A DNA stretch of 63,977 nt, filler included, from Reclinomonas americana ATCC 50394 (lineage: Eukaryota): assembly GCA_048213135.1 (NCBI GenBank). It is 16 parts of 11 records of this genome, joined end to end, with 100 filler letters (N's around TTAATTAATTAA, not from the genome) between each part and the next. Parts side by side here need not be neighbours in the genome. Positions count along the whole stretch, not along the records: positions 30,844 to 39,573 come from PS015866.1; positions 39,674 to 47,898 come from PS015866.1; positions 47,999 to 54,838 come from PS015867.1; 13 more parts are not named here. One strand, written 5' to 3'. The position numbers were made by a program, and so were the translations under genes. The notes under the pieces are model-generated. The model saw only the letters and a list, made by a program, of their open reading frames with translations, made no database searches and was not told the DNA's origin. Shown in pieces: positions 35,760 through 48,573 of this stretch (position 1 is its first letter; each line of letters opens with the position of its first letter).

Positions 35760-38518
35760 CTATTCGCTACTTGCCGAGGGGCCGTCATCGTCGTCTTCTC
35801 TATATACGCGCAACAGAGGAGAGGGCTTGCGCAGCAGCTTGCGCAACTGTCTATCATCGTCGACCAACTCCAGCTGCATGCCGCTCCACGGGTCAGCAGT
35901 GCGGAAGAATTCGGTGACATCGTCCGACTTGAAAATCGTAATCTGCCCAGACGGCTTGCGGCCACGCTGCGTTCCGTTGTTGTCGAAACGCGCCCGATCA
36001 AGCACCACTCGCAGCACCTTCGGGGAATGTGTATAAGTAAGCGCAGTCATCAGAGCAAAATGAATGACACTCACCAGTCGACAGCAGTGGCGCTGCATGA
36101 TGGCCAGTCCGCCGCGCGACTCGCGTCGCGAACATCCACTGATAAGCGAGTCCTCCAAGCGCACCTCCCACGTGGCGGCATCCGGCAGCAGCTGCCGCTC
36201 GAGTGACAACTGCGGGCACTCTTCGTACTCGGAGTCGACCAGAACGCCTGCATCGCGCGAACCGCGAATCGTGCAGCGGCGAACGGTCAGCGACGAGCCA
36301 ATGCCGCGCACCTGCGACGACGCAAGTGAATGGTATGTTCAGTTGTGTCGACTCGCACACACACATCACACTGACCTGCGCGCCGTGCTGCAAACCATCC
36401 AGCGTACAGTTCTCTACGAGAACGCGCGAGGCATCACGCGCAAGTACCCACGTCTTGGCGGCGTCCTTTGGCGGCTTACGCGGGGCCATTGCGTCGGTGA
36501 GTACCAGATTGCGGAGCGTGACGACCGCCTCACTGCCGCCGACAATGTGGAATCGGCTGCTCACGGGCACTTGCTCTGCCGGGTTGAAGGAGCCCACAAA
36601 GAGCGTGCATGCAATCATGACCAACTCGTGGCGCGAGTCGTCTGTGCGCGGTATGTTTAGCGGCGAGAAGTGGAAAACAAAGGGCGACGATGTTCAAGAC
36701 AAACCTTGCCGAACAAGCACAACGTCGTGCGGACGCCACTCACTCGACGCCTCTTTCAGTGACGGGGCTGTGAGGACACCGTCCATCTTGTCGACACCCG
36801 GCAGTCCGTACGCCTCTAGCGCAGCGTCGAGCTCACTGCGTCCTGGCGCTGCCTCGCTGGCCGGCTGCACCACAAAAATCCGACCACCAGCTCCACTGGC
36901 ACTGGACTCGCCAGCCACGTGAACCACCGAGTCTGTGCACGTGTGTGTGGCGGTTGACTTCAGAGCAGCGCAAGGCAAGGTAGACAAGAGCGGGAGACGA
37001 CAGCGCACCAACAAATTTGTGCAGCAGAGCAAGTCTCAGCTCGCCCGGCAACTCGAACAACTCGCGGAGTGCGCCATCGTGAGCGACAACCTCGGCACGA
37101 CACACGGCCTCCTCGAAACGCAAGTCGGTCACACTGAATGCGGAGAAATCAACTGCACGGTGGAGTCAGGAAAGACGTCCGCGCAAAATGAGCATGCGGC
37201 AATGCACGCAACTCGGCACCGCCTGCCCGTAGAAACAGGAGCGCAGTTGCGTCACAGTTTCGTACATTCGCCGCCCCATCTCCAGCGCCCGTGCCGAGTC
37301 GCGCGATTTGTGTGGCGCTTTCCGGCTGCCACTGCCCCCCGCCTCCTCTTCCTCCTCCCCTTCTTCTTCTTCCTCTGCAGGTCCGTCCGTTTCCATTTCC
37401 TCGTCACCAACAGCATCGTCGTCTTCCTCATAGTCGTCCTCGTCGTCGGCATACGCTGTGACCGCAAGTATGAGAGAATGCGCGCGTGCAATCCACCACC
37501 AGCGGGACGCACCGGTGGGATCACCCACACGCTGGCGGTAGCGCGCCAGCCGCTGCCGAATGCACATGGACAGAGCGAGGGCAGTGGCCATGCTGCGACC
37601 TGTTCGCCATCCACGCACCGTGCGCCAACATCTCTGCACGTCCACCGAGCACCTCATGATGCCCTCATAGTGTTGCACCGATGCATTGAATGCCTCCATG
37701 AACGACGACTCCGGCTCCGCGTAGCACGCCACTACAAGGCGGTTTGTGAGGGAAGGAAAGCCAGCAACGGACGATGCCAGGCGAACACGCACCCCACGGA
37801 GCCCACAACTCATTGTAGAACAGCCTGACCGAGGCAATAACCAGCGCCAAACGCCGCACAGCAGCCAACTTGTCGCCAGCAGTCGCCGAGTCCACCGGAA
37901 ACACGTCCACCAAGTTCACCTTTTTTTGCATCACACCACTTCAGCATTGATCCCTATATATGCACAGACACACGCACGCACGCAGAGTACCTCGTCACGC
38001 GTGAACGGTTGCACGGGTTCACGATTCGGCTTGACAATGACCGCCCGAGCCCCGAAACGCACAGGCAACTCGTACCACATGAGGTCTACAGACACACTCA
38101 GTCAAGACACAAGGAGGACTAACTGTGTGTATAGCAGACACGCAACAGGAACGCCATCGCTCAGTCTCATCGACCGGATCGCGTTCCTCCATCTCCTCAT
38201 CGAGATCGCCCTCGTAGCCATACACAGCCTCCACGCGCAACAGACGACGACTGTCACCACTGATTACACAGAGAGAGATGAATCAGTGTATGCACAACTC
38301 TCACTGTCTATGAGAGAGCGAGAGAGTCACCGTCTGTGCTCGGCAAAGAACGGAAGACACTCGCGGTGTGTGGCCATGGTATCCTGCAGCGCCTGCCACA
38401 GTGTGACGTGCACCGAGTCAAAGCGCACATGTGCTCGTGCGGAGGAGGATGACGCAGGCACGAGTACACTGCGCAGCCACGCAATGCAGTCTTTGCCACT
38501 GTACTCGATCGCGGGCAT
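35760..38518 (-). CDS. SHCBP1/Nessun dorma-like protein with C-terminal pectin lyase-like (PbH1) beta-helix
   Basis: LALVIASVRLFYNELWAPW followed by an acidic stretch resembles the SHCBP1 motif ALAIEHVRFFYQNIWRSWDEEE as I recall it. The C-terminus has beta-helix strands (VTLRNLVLT, VLVENCTLDG, LTVRRCTIRG, VRLEDSLISG). Start codon tentative. Confidence 0.65.
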
Positions 38519-39136
38519 TGTGTTATGTTGGAAAAGAGATAAGAGGACAACAATGAACGTCGCGGTGAGTGGAAAGAAGAAGCACAAGAGGAAGGCAACA
38601 GTGTATGCAACAGAGACGGAGCACTGCTGCAGAGAGAGAGGAAGAAAGTGCCCTTCTTGTTGAACGTCTGAGTGTCCTTCTCATTGTTCCGACTTTTTAT
38701 TTGTGTGTTTGCGTGCGTGTNNNNNNNNNNNNNNNNNNNNNNNNNNNNNNNNNNNNNNNNNNNNNNNNNNNNNNNNNNNNNNNNNNNNNNNNNNNNNNNN
38801 NNNNNNNNNNNNNNNNNNNNNNNNNNNNNNNNNNNNNNNNNNNNNNNNNNNNNNNNNNNNNNNNNNNNNNNNNNNNNNNNNNNNNNNNNNNNNNNNNNNN
38901 NNNNNNNNNNNNNNNNNNNNNNNNNNNNNNNNNNNNNNNNNNNNNNNNNNNNNNNNNNNNNNNNNNNNNNNNNNNNNNNNNNNNNNNNNNNNNNNNNNNN
39001 NNNNNNNNNNNNNNNNNNNNNNNNNNNNNNNNNNNNNNNNNNNNNNNNNNNNNNNNNNNNNNNNNNNNNNNNNNNNNNNNNNNNNNNNNNNNNNNNNNNN
39101 NNNNNNNNNNNNNNNNNNNNNGTGTGTGTTGGCAAA

Positions 39137-39461
39137 ATGCAAGTGCACTGGACTGTTGCTCTTCGCGCGGTGCTTGCCGTGTCACTGTGCGGCTTTGTGA
39201 TGTTTGCGCTGCATGCGGCGCGCTCGGCGTCTTCGTATCAGGTGGCCTTCTCGCCCTCTTATCCTCCTGCTCCTTCATCATCGCAAGAGCAGCAGAGGCA
39301 TGGTGGTGGTGTGAGTGAGAGTGACGAGTCACTGTCGTCCTCATCGTCGGGAGGCTCGTGTGGAGCAGGAAAGGATACGGCGGCGTCCACACTTGGAGAG
39401 AAGGGTGCGAGAACTCACACACTCTCTCTCACACACACTCGCACACTTGTGCTCACTCTGT

Positions 39462-39495
<34 letters not shown>

Positions 39496-40257
39496 TGTGC
39501 AGTTGCCTCCTCACAACTGGCATACTTTGCGCTGGGATGCTTTTGGGGAGGCGAGGCGACCTTCCGTTCACTGNNNNNNNNNNNNNNNNNNNNNNNNNNN
39601 NNNNNNNNNNNNNNNNNTTAATTAATTAANNNNNNNNNNNNNNNNNNNNNNNNNNNNNNNNNNNNNNNNNNNNCATGGTGTACTGGAGACGAGTGTTGGC
39701 TATGCTGGTGGGCACCTCCAGCATCCCACCTACAGACAGGTGTGTGTCTATGTCTCGTCTGCGAGACAGTGATTGATGATTGTTTTGGCGGTTGATCTAA
39801 TCGCATATGTGCAAGGTGTGTGAGGGCGACACGGGGCATGCGGAGACTGTGCGAGTGGAGTTTGACCCGGCGCGCATCTCGTTTGTGGAGCTCGTGGATA
39901 AGTTTCTGGAGGGACACGACCCCTCGCGGTGGCACGCACCCGACAGTCAGTACCGGTATGTTCGCAACGCCGCATGCGCAGATCATGCATGATGCCTTGT
40001 GGCTGACGGTGTGGCTTGTGAAAAAGCTCGTCTGTGTTTGTCACCAGTGACGAGCAGCGCACAATGGCGCAGGATGTGATTGCGCTGCGACGAGCGCGCG
40101 GGGAGACGGTGCGGACATTTATCGAACCATTCGCAACGTATTGGTGCGTCTGTTTGTGTGAGGCTTCCGTCGGCCTCCCTCCTGTTGCCAACATGCACAC
40201 AGGTTGGCGGAGGATTACCATCAGCAGTACCTGGAGAAGCTGAGGCGGAAGGGATGA
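39137..40257 (+). CDS. msrA: Peptide methionine sulfoxide reductase MsrA with N-terminal signal anchor
   Basis: AYFALGCFWG, VGYAGG..HPTYRQVCEGDTGHAE.V.VEFDP, HDP..SQYRS and AEDYHQQYLEK motifs across spliced exons; one linker gap falls between ..FRSL and HGVLET.. Confidence 0.95.
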
Positions 40258-40303
40258 TGTGTGTGTGCGAAACAAGCGATTGTGTTTTATGCACGCCGCC
40301 GCT

Positions 40304-42408
40304 TTACAACATGGCGGTGGGTCGAATCTCGGCCACCGGCATATTTAGGCACTGCCACACCACGAAGGATAATCGATCGACAAGGTGTGAGTCTCTTTGT
40401 CGACGGACCTGGGAGGGACAACACGAACACACACGGACCTCTTCTCGCAATGAACGGTACATGACCGTGCTGAGATCTGTGAAGGGGTTGCGCGTGTTGG
40501 TGAGAGAATGGCGGCGCGCGGGGCAATGGACAGAGAGGCATGCGCGCAACATCGCTCGCCAAACGACGGCACAATGCAGCAGATCAGCTTTCCGGCGTTC
40601 TCCGGTCGATTCGCCACCTCGATCGCGCACTTCACCTGCAGCGAGCGACCAGTCTCAGCCGAGTGTGCCACTGAACGGGAGAGAGAGAGGGCAAGTAACA
40701 GACCGCAGCGCCTGCTGAAATACCCACAAACAGGCCCTCCTCCTTGGCCATTCGGCGAGACATTTGCATGGCTGCGGCAAAAAGATAAGGAAGAAGAGGA
40801 AGATGAACAAATGAGGTGGAGAGGGTAAACGAGAGCAAGCACACCATCTTCCGAGCTGCACGTCATGATCTCGTCCACCACGTCAGCGTCGTACACGTCG
40901 GGAATGAATCCGGCGCCTGTGCCCACAATGTCAATGACGATGCACGCTCACGCGAGTCAGTGCACCAGCGAGCGTACCAATGCCCTCGATAAAATGCTTG
41001 CCGGGAGGCTTGCCTGCTCCAATGATGAGATGAAAGCTCGAGTATGAGCAACTGCAGCACGACGTACCACTGAGCACGGCACTCTCGCTCGGCTCCACGC
41101 CAATGACACGAATGTCGGGGTTCTGTTTCTTGAGGAAGCCGCCGACGCCGCTGACCGTGCCGCCAGTGCCGACTGCTGACACGAAAATGTCGATCTTGCC
41201 CTGCGCAAGCCACGTCAGTTGAGAGCAAAGGTGTGCATTGCCACAGGCCGCTACGCTCACCTCCGTTTGCTCCCAGATCTGCGAATGAGGAGGAGAGCCG
41301 TGAGAAACAGAACAGATGAAGTGCAATCGGAGCTATTCACACGCACCTCTGGGCCAGTGGTGGTCTCGTGAGCACCAGGATTCGCCTGCAGCCACCATCA
41401 GTGCGCACAGCACAGCGACAACAACAACAACCACGTCGGAGAAACAAAACGCACTGGATTCCGGAACTGCTGCGGCATGAACGCATCTAGCGTGGAGCGG
41501 AGAATCTCCTCGGCCTTGGCCAGCGACCCTCGCATGCCGTACTCGGTAGCTGGCCACACAATCAGCAATCTCCCCACCTTCTCCACCTGCACCTCCTATT
41601 GCGCACGCAACGAGTGAGTACAACCTCGGCTCCGAACGCACGCAGCAGCATGCGCTTCTCCAGCGCCACACTCTGCGGCATGGCTGCACATGCAATGAGT
41701 CAGCGCATCGCTCACAAGAGGGCGAACGAGCGTGGACGCACTGACGATCAGCTTGTAACCCCGAGCGGCGGCCACTGCGGAAAGAAACGAAGATCCGACG
41801 AATTATTAACCGGGGGTCGAGGCAATGCATTGACACAGCACAGACACACACACAACGCAACCAAAGGCAAGCCCAATGCCCGTGTTGCTGCAGACACACA
41901 GAGAGAGAGAAGAAGGAGAGTGTGCGTGAGAGAGAGAAATGAGAGAGAGTGAGAAGTTTTCTCTCGCACCCCGATGTCGGCTCCACAAGAGTCGTTTTCC
42001 CGCGAGTGATCAAGCCTGCACGCTCTGCCTCGTCCACCATGTTCTTTGCAGTGCGATCTGCAGTGCATGTCACCACACACAATCGGAGAGAGCGAGAAGA
42101 AAAGAGAGAGAGAGAAGAGAGAGAGATGCACACCTTTCACCGATGAACACGGCTGTGTGTGTGTGCATGGACACAGAGAGAGAGAGACATGAGGGAGAGC
42201 ATGTGTGAGTGCACTGCAGCACACAGTGACTCTTGCATCATGCATGCATGGACACAACCTCCATGCTTTCCATCTTGCAGGCGACCTTGGCCACTGCACC
42301 AGCGGTGAGGCGGTTGAGGTACACCATAGGCGTGTTGCCGACGAGCTCCGTGGCATCATTCGCAATGTATGTCGAGGGTGCAACCGCGGATACAGCGCGT
42401 GCGCTCAT
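40304..42408 (-). CDS. cysK: Cysteine synthase (O-acetylserine thiol-lyase, CysK/OAS-TL type), 16 exons
   Basis: [18 protein letters not shown] (PLP lysine), [59 protein letters not shown] and PSFGERYLST. Complete spliced ORF. Confidence 0.97.
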
Positions 42409-42484
42409 TGGGGGAAAACGAAAGAAAAGTATAGTACAATGTGTTTTGATTGGTCCGTTCGTGTTTTCACTTGTGCGTCTGTGC

Positions 42485-44795
42485 TCACAAGCTGCTGCCG
42501 AGTTCGAGTGGAGTGGAGGGATCAGTGAAGGTCTTGGCTAGCTCGCCGCCAGAGGTGCGGGAGACGCGCGCCACGGGTGAGAATTGTGAACCGCGGGCGA
42601 ATACCGGTGACGGCGTGCGGTTTCGGTCGCGGATGGGATCGTCGGTGTCGCGCCACTCGTCGCGCCAGTTGACAAAGGGCGCTTCGGTGGGTGACCAGCG
42701 GGTGCGCACGGCCACGCGGAATGGAGGGCGCTTGTTCAAGGCCGGCTTGTCGTCGGTTTCCTCGACAGGTGGTTGCTGCACGACAAGACGAAACAATTGA
42801 GAAGCGCGCTCGGGGAGAGAAAGTGAGCGACCAGGCCACGCAACGGGTGACTTGGCACGCTGCTGCACCGATTGGCGCAAGTGCAGGGCCTCCAGTGCAC
42901 GTGAGGCCTCGTTCAGGCTGACCACTCGTTCGCCGGAGAGCGTCACGAAACGCGACTGGCGACTCGGGACGGAAACGGCGGTTCGGAACGCAGCCGGTCG
43001 ACGAGCGAGCGAGCGCGTAAAGTAGTCGTCCTCCAACTGCTTCTCGTGTCGCTCCAACGACCGACGTGCACGCGACAGGCTGAGCAGTTTGGTGGCCGAC
43101 GACACAAAATCCTCCTGCTCCCCAACAATTAAGGAAAATGCATGCGTCTCTCGATCTCACTCTCCACCACAAATCACCTGCAATGGCTTGCCTTCCTGCG
43201 GCGAGGTAAAGGTCGACATGGTGCCGACCAGCGACGACGGTGAGCGACTGTGACCCGGCTCGCCTCCATCCAACTCCGACTCCACTGCCAGCATCATGCC
43301 CTCGCCGCCCTCCGAGACCGTGCGTTGCGATGCAGGTGCCGACAGCTCCACTCGCCCACTCATACCTCCAGCAAAACTCGAGGTGCGTGTCGTGGCTCCA
43401 CTCCGGTTCGTGCGCGTGGCCGAGGGTGGCTGCAGGTGACCTCCGCCACCTCCGCCTCCACCAACAGGACTGCCCGCCAGTGCACGCACTGCTGGCTCGC
43501 GTGCAAACTTGCGTGAGGGTTGTGTCACGCGTCCCGTGTTGTGCTTGGATGGAGTGGTGAGAGAGAGGTCGTCGTCGCCATCCAATGTCAACGCGCCCTT
43601 TTGGTCCATGCTGCGCAACAACGAGGTGAAACCGGGCGGAGCTGGTGGCGCGTCGTCGACCACGCGACGAGCTGGAGAAGAGGGGAGGGCATAAGGGGAA
43701 GGTTCAGTGTGTGAGAGAGAGGGGGGGAGTGTTGACGCAACCCAAGTCACGCTCGTCGGCCAGCGACGAAAAGTGGCGGAGGAACACAGTCTCGCACAGT
43801 GCGTTGTGTGCGGCGGGTGGAACACGGACGCGCAGGCGATCGGTGCCCAGCCATGACAGTCTGTGTGTGTGTGTCTGAGTAAAGAAAAGAGAAGCGGAGA
43901 AAGAGAGAGAGAGAGAAGACGAACCGCACAGTGGGCGACGAGCTGCGAGAGTATCGTGTGTCGCGCGGAGGTCGCAGGTCGCGAGCTACCCGCGTGCTCA
44001 TGAGTGGACGCACGCCGAGTGGTGGAAGAGGGCAGGAGCGCGCTCGACGAGTGAGGGATTGGAGCAGTTAATGATGGGTGTCACATGGTCCATCAATTGA
44101 CTTCCATTGAAACTCCAGGGTCGCAGATGCTTCATGCCGGTCGTGGAGTGGCGTGAGACGCTGCAGGAGCCCGGTTGTTTCTATCGGCGGTCCGCATGCT
44201 GTTTCCGATGCAATCGATCTTGACATCGAGTCGATTACAATGAGTAATCGGCCAGCAGCATGGCCAGCATGAAACGCAGAGACAGGTATGCATGTTGTTC
44301 TGCGCACAGCTAGCACGTGTTGAGACCAAGAGCGCACTGGCCGTTGATGGGAACACAAGCGCTGCGTACCGTTGACAGTCATCATCTGCCCCTCGACAGC
44401 GTCGGCCTTGATGATGGCCTTCACCTCCTTCAACCGACTCGACATGTTCTCCCGCTGTTCGCCATTCAATTGTGCAGGCGTTACCACCTTGTCGCCGACA
44501 GTGTGTGCGCGCGTCAGCTGCTGGATTTCCGTCGCAGTCTGCCTCTCCAGAGCCGTCACTGCAAACACAAGTTCAGAGTCACATCGATACACACACGCCA
44601 CAAGCAAGCACGCAACGAAACTGTAGCAGCCATCCTCGAACTCGTCGTCCTGGGATGCATGCTCGTGAGCTCGAGTACGTGTGCGTGTGCGTGGACGAGA
44701 GACGATTCATGTTTTGCGAGAGCACCAACCTGCTCATCCTCCATCTCGTCGCTCAAGTCGTTGAGAGGCACATCTGCAGCAGGCAATGTCGTCAT
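42485..44795 (-). CDS. Hypothetical multi-exon protein, largely disordered with a short helical segment
   Basis: Coding-like minus-strand blocks bounded by GT/AG ([35 protein letters not shown]...MMTVN; 43178-43760; 42485-43115). No recognisable domain. Confidence 0.5.
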
Positions 44796-44921
44796 TGGCG
44801 TTTCTGCGTGCGTTTCTGTAGAGAGAGTTGTCCTCTTTGTCCGGTTGCCGCTCGTCGAAGTCGGAAGTTTTTTTGTCGTTGGAAGCGTGTGCACTTCCGA
44901 GTCGAATTTGTGTGTCGCCCA

Positions 44922-47900
44922 ATGGCCTCCGACAGTGGTCATGTGGTGGAGGAACGTCTCATGCCCGGACTCGTGCGACTCCGCCGCATAAAACGGTCTT
45001 TTTTCTGTCGAAAAACTCCTTGTCTCTCTCCTCTCTCACTCGCACACATACAGACACGATCGCAGTCGCAGTAACGCAACCGGCACCTCTGCGGGCTCCG
45101 CAGTGCACGTGTGGGTTCGTGTCGCAGTGACCACTTTTGTTGTGTTTTGTGTGTGTGTGTGTGTGTGTTGACGGTTCACACAGGAGGCCGAATCGCTGGC
45201 CGCCTTTCCCGTCACTCTGCGCCTCGACTTTTCGCAATGCCGCAACCTGTCGGTCAACCGCACGTCGTGTGCCGCACCACTCACTGTGCACCTGCCCGCG
45301 GGCGCACTGATTGTGGCGGCCGAGTTGCGGGCGATCAGTAGGCAGGCGGCCACCGTGTTTCACTTGGCTGTCGACTGTCGACCTATGCTGCCGCTGGCAC
45401 TGGAGCGCGTCGGTGGTGGCAATGGCGAGGGAGTCACCACGACGACGACTGCTGGTGGTGAAGGAGAAGTCGATCTGCAGCGTCTGTTTGACATGTCGGT
45501 GGCGTCGCACAAGCGGGCTGCACGTCGTGTGCTCTCGTCGCTTGCGGTGGCGCACATGCCACTGGATGCGCTGCGTGAGGCGGTGCTCTCGGATATGAAT
45601 GGCTTCCCGTTCTTTGATTTGGAGTTTCCGCCGCAGCTGGCGTCGGTGGGTGGCAAGTGGGCGGCGGAGCAGCGGCGAGTCGATGGGGCCAGTGGTGCCA
45701 CGTCTGCAGTGGGCGTCGATCAGGACGCGGTGGTGCTCGACGATGCCGCTCGGGTGTACTGGAGGAGGTGAGTGAAGGAGGACGGGGGCGGTCATGCATG
45801 GCGACAAATGCTCACCGTGGTGGATGCACAGACCGTGGCACCTGATTGGACGACCAAAGCTGGATCACGCCGTGCGCAGCGACAGCATTGTGCTGTTCCA
45901 GTCGCACGGGCCTCTGCTGGCCGATGCCGTGCACGGGAGGACGTCGGCGTTTTTGGTGCGTGAGAGGTCGTGCCGTGGTCGCCGACGGGAGAGCACGCTC
46001 ACTTTCTTCCTCGTGCATCAGTTTGCGGTGGCCACCCTGGTGGACCGACCAGCGCTGCTGCAGCGCATATTTTTGACACGACATGTTGACGACGCGGGCG
46101 TGTACAGGGTACGTTTCTGCGCTCATGAGTGATGCCTGCGTGGCAATTGTGGCTAACGCACTTTGTGCTCCCGCAGCTGGCTCTCGTCGACAATGGTGTG
46201 TGGCGGTGTTTTACGGTGGATGATTACATTCCTTGTTATCGGAGTGGAGAGATGGTGTTTACGGAGCCGCCAGCGAGTGGCGCGTTGTGGGTGTTGCTGT
46301 TGGAAAAGTGAGTGTTGTCTCGTTTGGCCAGTGTGATGTGCATTGCGGCTGGTGATTAATCACTCTGCTTGTCGTCACTGCAGAGCTCTGGCCAAGCTGT
46401 TTGGCTCCTATGCCAAGGTATGTGATGCGCTCTTGTGGAGGTCACGCCGCTGCATTGTCGCTGACAATCCCTGCACAGCTGCACGAGGCCTCGGTGGTGG
46501 ACATTCTGCGAGCGCTCACTGGCCTCCCGGTGGATGAGCTCGAAATCCGCAATGCGACCGTGGGCGACGACGAAGCCACCAAGAGAATATGGAAGACCTT
46601 GCGCAGTGTCGCCGACAGCAAGGACTTTGGCACTGGTGCGCTGTGGACGTGCTTTTGCGATAAGGTTTTCTCCTCTTCCTCCTCATGCATGTGCTTCTCT
46701 TTCGTTTGTTGTGCAGCCATCACACGCGACGCACAAGCGCGTTCACGACGAACGGCCGGTGCATCGGCTGGCAGTCCGGTGCTGGAGAGTGCGTACGGTC
46801 TGGTATGCGGACGACCGTACATGGTTCTGGGTGCGTTTCACGAGTGCGGCACACGTCTGGTGCTCATGCGCAACCCGACTGGTGAAGTCAACTGGTGCGT
46901 CGTGTTGTGTTGTGTGCACGCCGCCCCCGTGAATTTCGTCTCTTGTGTCGCTCACTGTGGTGGTTGTAGGAGGGGCGACTGGTCGCACCGCTCGCACAGG
47001 TGTGATTGCTATTGGTTGACGTGCTGCTGCATGGACTTGTCTCACCTGTGTTGCAGATGGACAGCGCAGTCGCGATCCAAGTTTCGCGAAGCCGACGAGA
47101 AACGGGGCGAGTGGTACATGAGTTTTGCGGATTTCGTCAAGTACTTTGCGCACTGTGCCATCTGTCGGTTTGTTTGCTTGTGCATGGTGTGCGCAGATTC
47201 TGTCATCTCACATACCGCTTCTTTTGTTTGGATTGTAGTTACCGCGATTGGTCGGAAGCGCGCGTAAAAGGCACCTTTACTCTCATGCACCCGGGCAGCG
47301 GGCTCAGCACGCCGGTCACCACCACATCGTACACTCTCAATGTGATGCAGCGCAGCCACGTGGTGGTCTCCATGACGCAATTCGACAGCAGTCAGCCAGC
47401 TGTCGACGCCGGTGTGCTGGTGTTGCGCAAGGGAGACGCGCCGGGCGGACAGCTGACGGTGGTGGCCGAGTCGGGTTTGCGCCGGGCACACGATGCTGCG
47501 CCGGTGGAGGCGATTCTGGAGCCCGGAGCGTACCTCGTGGTTCCCATGTTGCGTGCACGCTCTCGTCTGGTGCTCACCCCACCTTCTCACAAGCGGGGTG
47601 CAGAACTACTGGCTGCCTACTCGGTTCGCGAACATCGAGCGAGGACGATGGAGACGGGGAACCGGCGGCACTGCGTCGCAAGGGCGGAGAGAGTCTGGCG
47701 AGGAGGGCAATAGCCGCGGCTCAGGTACTGCTGTAGTTTTATGTGTGCGTGTGTGTTTTGAGACTGAAGCATGATGCAATCACGCAGGAGATATTCTGGA
47801 CGGCGGACGCCGATAGCAACGAGCAGCTGACGGAACAAGAGTTGGCGACGTTACGAACGCTGTTGGCTGAACGCGGTGGTTCCATGTGCTCGCGCCTGNN

Positions 47901-48573
47901 NNNNNNNNNNNNNNNNNNNNNNNNNNNNNNNNNNNNNNNNNNTTAATTAATTAANNNNNNNNNNNNNNNNNNNNNNNNNNNNNNNNNNNNNNNNNNNNCA
48001 GCGTGGAGGATTCATCGGCTGTTCTCGAGCACGCATGGGTGGCGCTGGTGGCGCAGCGCGGCAGTGACAGCGTGCAAGACGTGCGCATGTATCACTATCA
48101 TTCGCGGTTGGTTTATCGCAACAGCCCTTGTTATCTTCCATCGCCATTCTCATTATTCCTGGTCGCCACAGTGATGCCATTACAAACAGCTATCTGCTGT
48201 GCAACGACTCGAAACACGCCAAGGTGCGGTGGTGTCGGTGTTGAAAAATGGCTCATCTTCCACGCGCTCACTCCACACTGCAGAAAGTCATGGTGGACTA
48301 CTCGCGATCCATCAACGCCATTATCAGTGTCGGCGGGCAAATCAAAGGACCTCACAGTGAGACGCTGGCGCCCGGCGAGCGCAAGCTGATGCCGCACTTG
48401 GCCAAGGTGTGCGGTCGCCTGTCGTTTCATGTTCACTCACCAGCACTGACCACATGAAACAGCGCATCGCTCCCTCGGCGGCCGCGGCAGTCGCCGGTGG
48501 ATTGTATGTGGCGCAAGTAGAGTGCTACGAGGCGTACGGCGACGACGACTTTGAGGAAGACGATGATGATTAA
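44922..48573 (+). CDS. Calpain-like protein (CysPc + domain III + EF-hand + SOL-homology-like tail), predicted catalytically inactive
   Basis: FFDLEFPP, VYWRRP, VDDYIPC, LWVLLLEKALAKLFGSY, LRALTGLP, LMRNPTG, WYMSFADF.KYF, LEPGAYLVVP; EF-hand-like ADADSNEQLTEQE; C-terminal VDYSRSINAI..LAPGERKLM. Confidence 0.88.
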
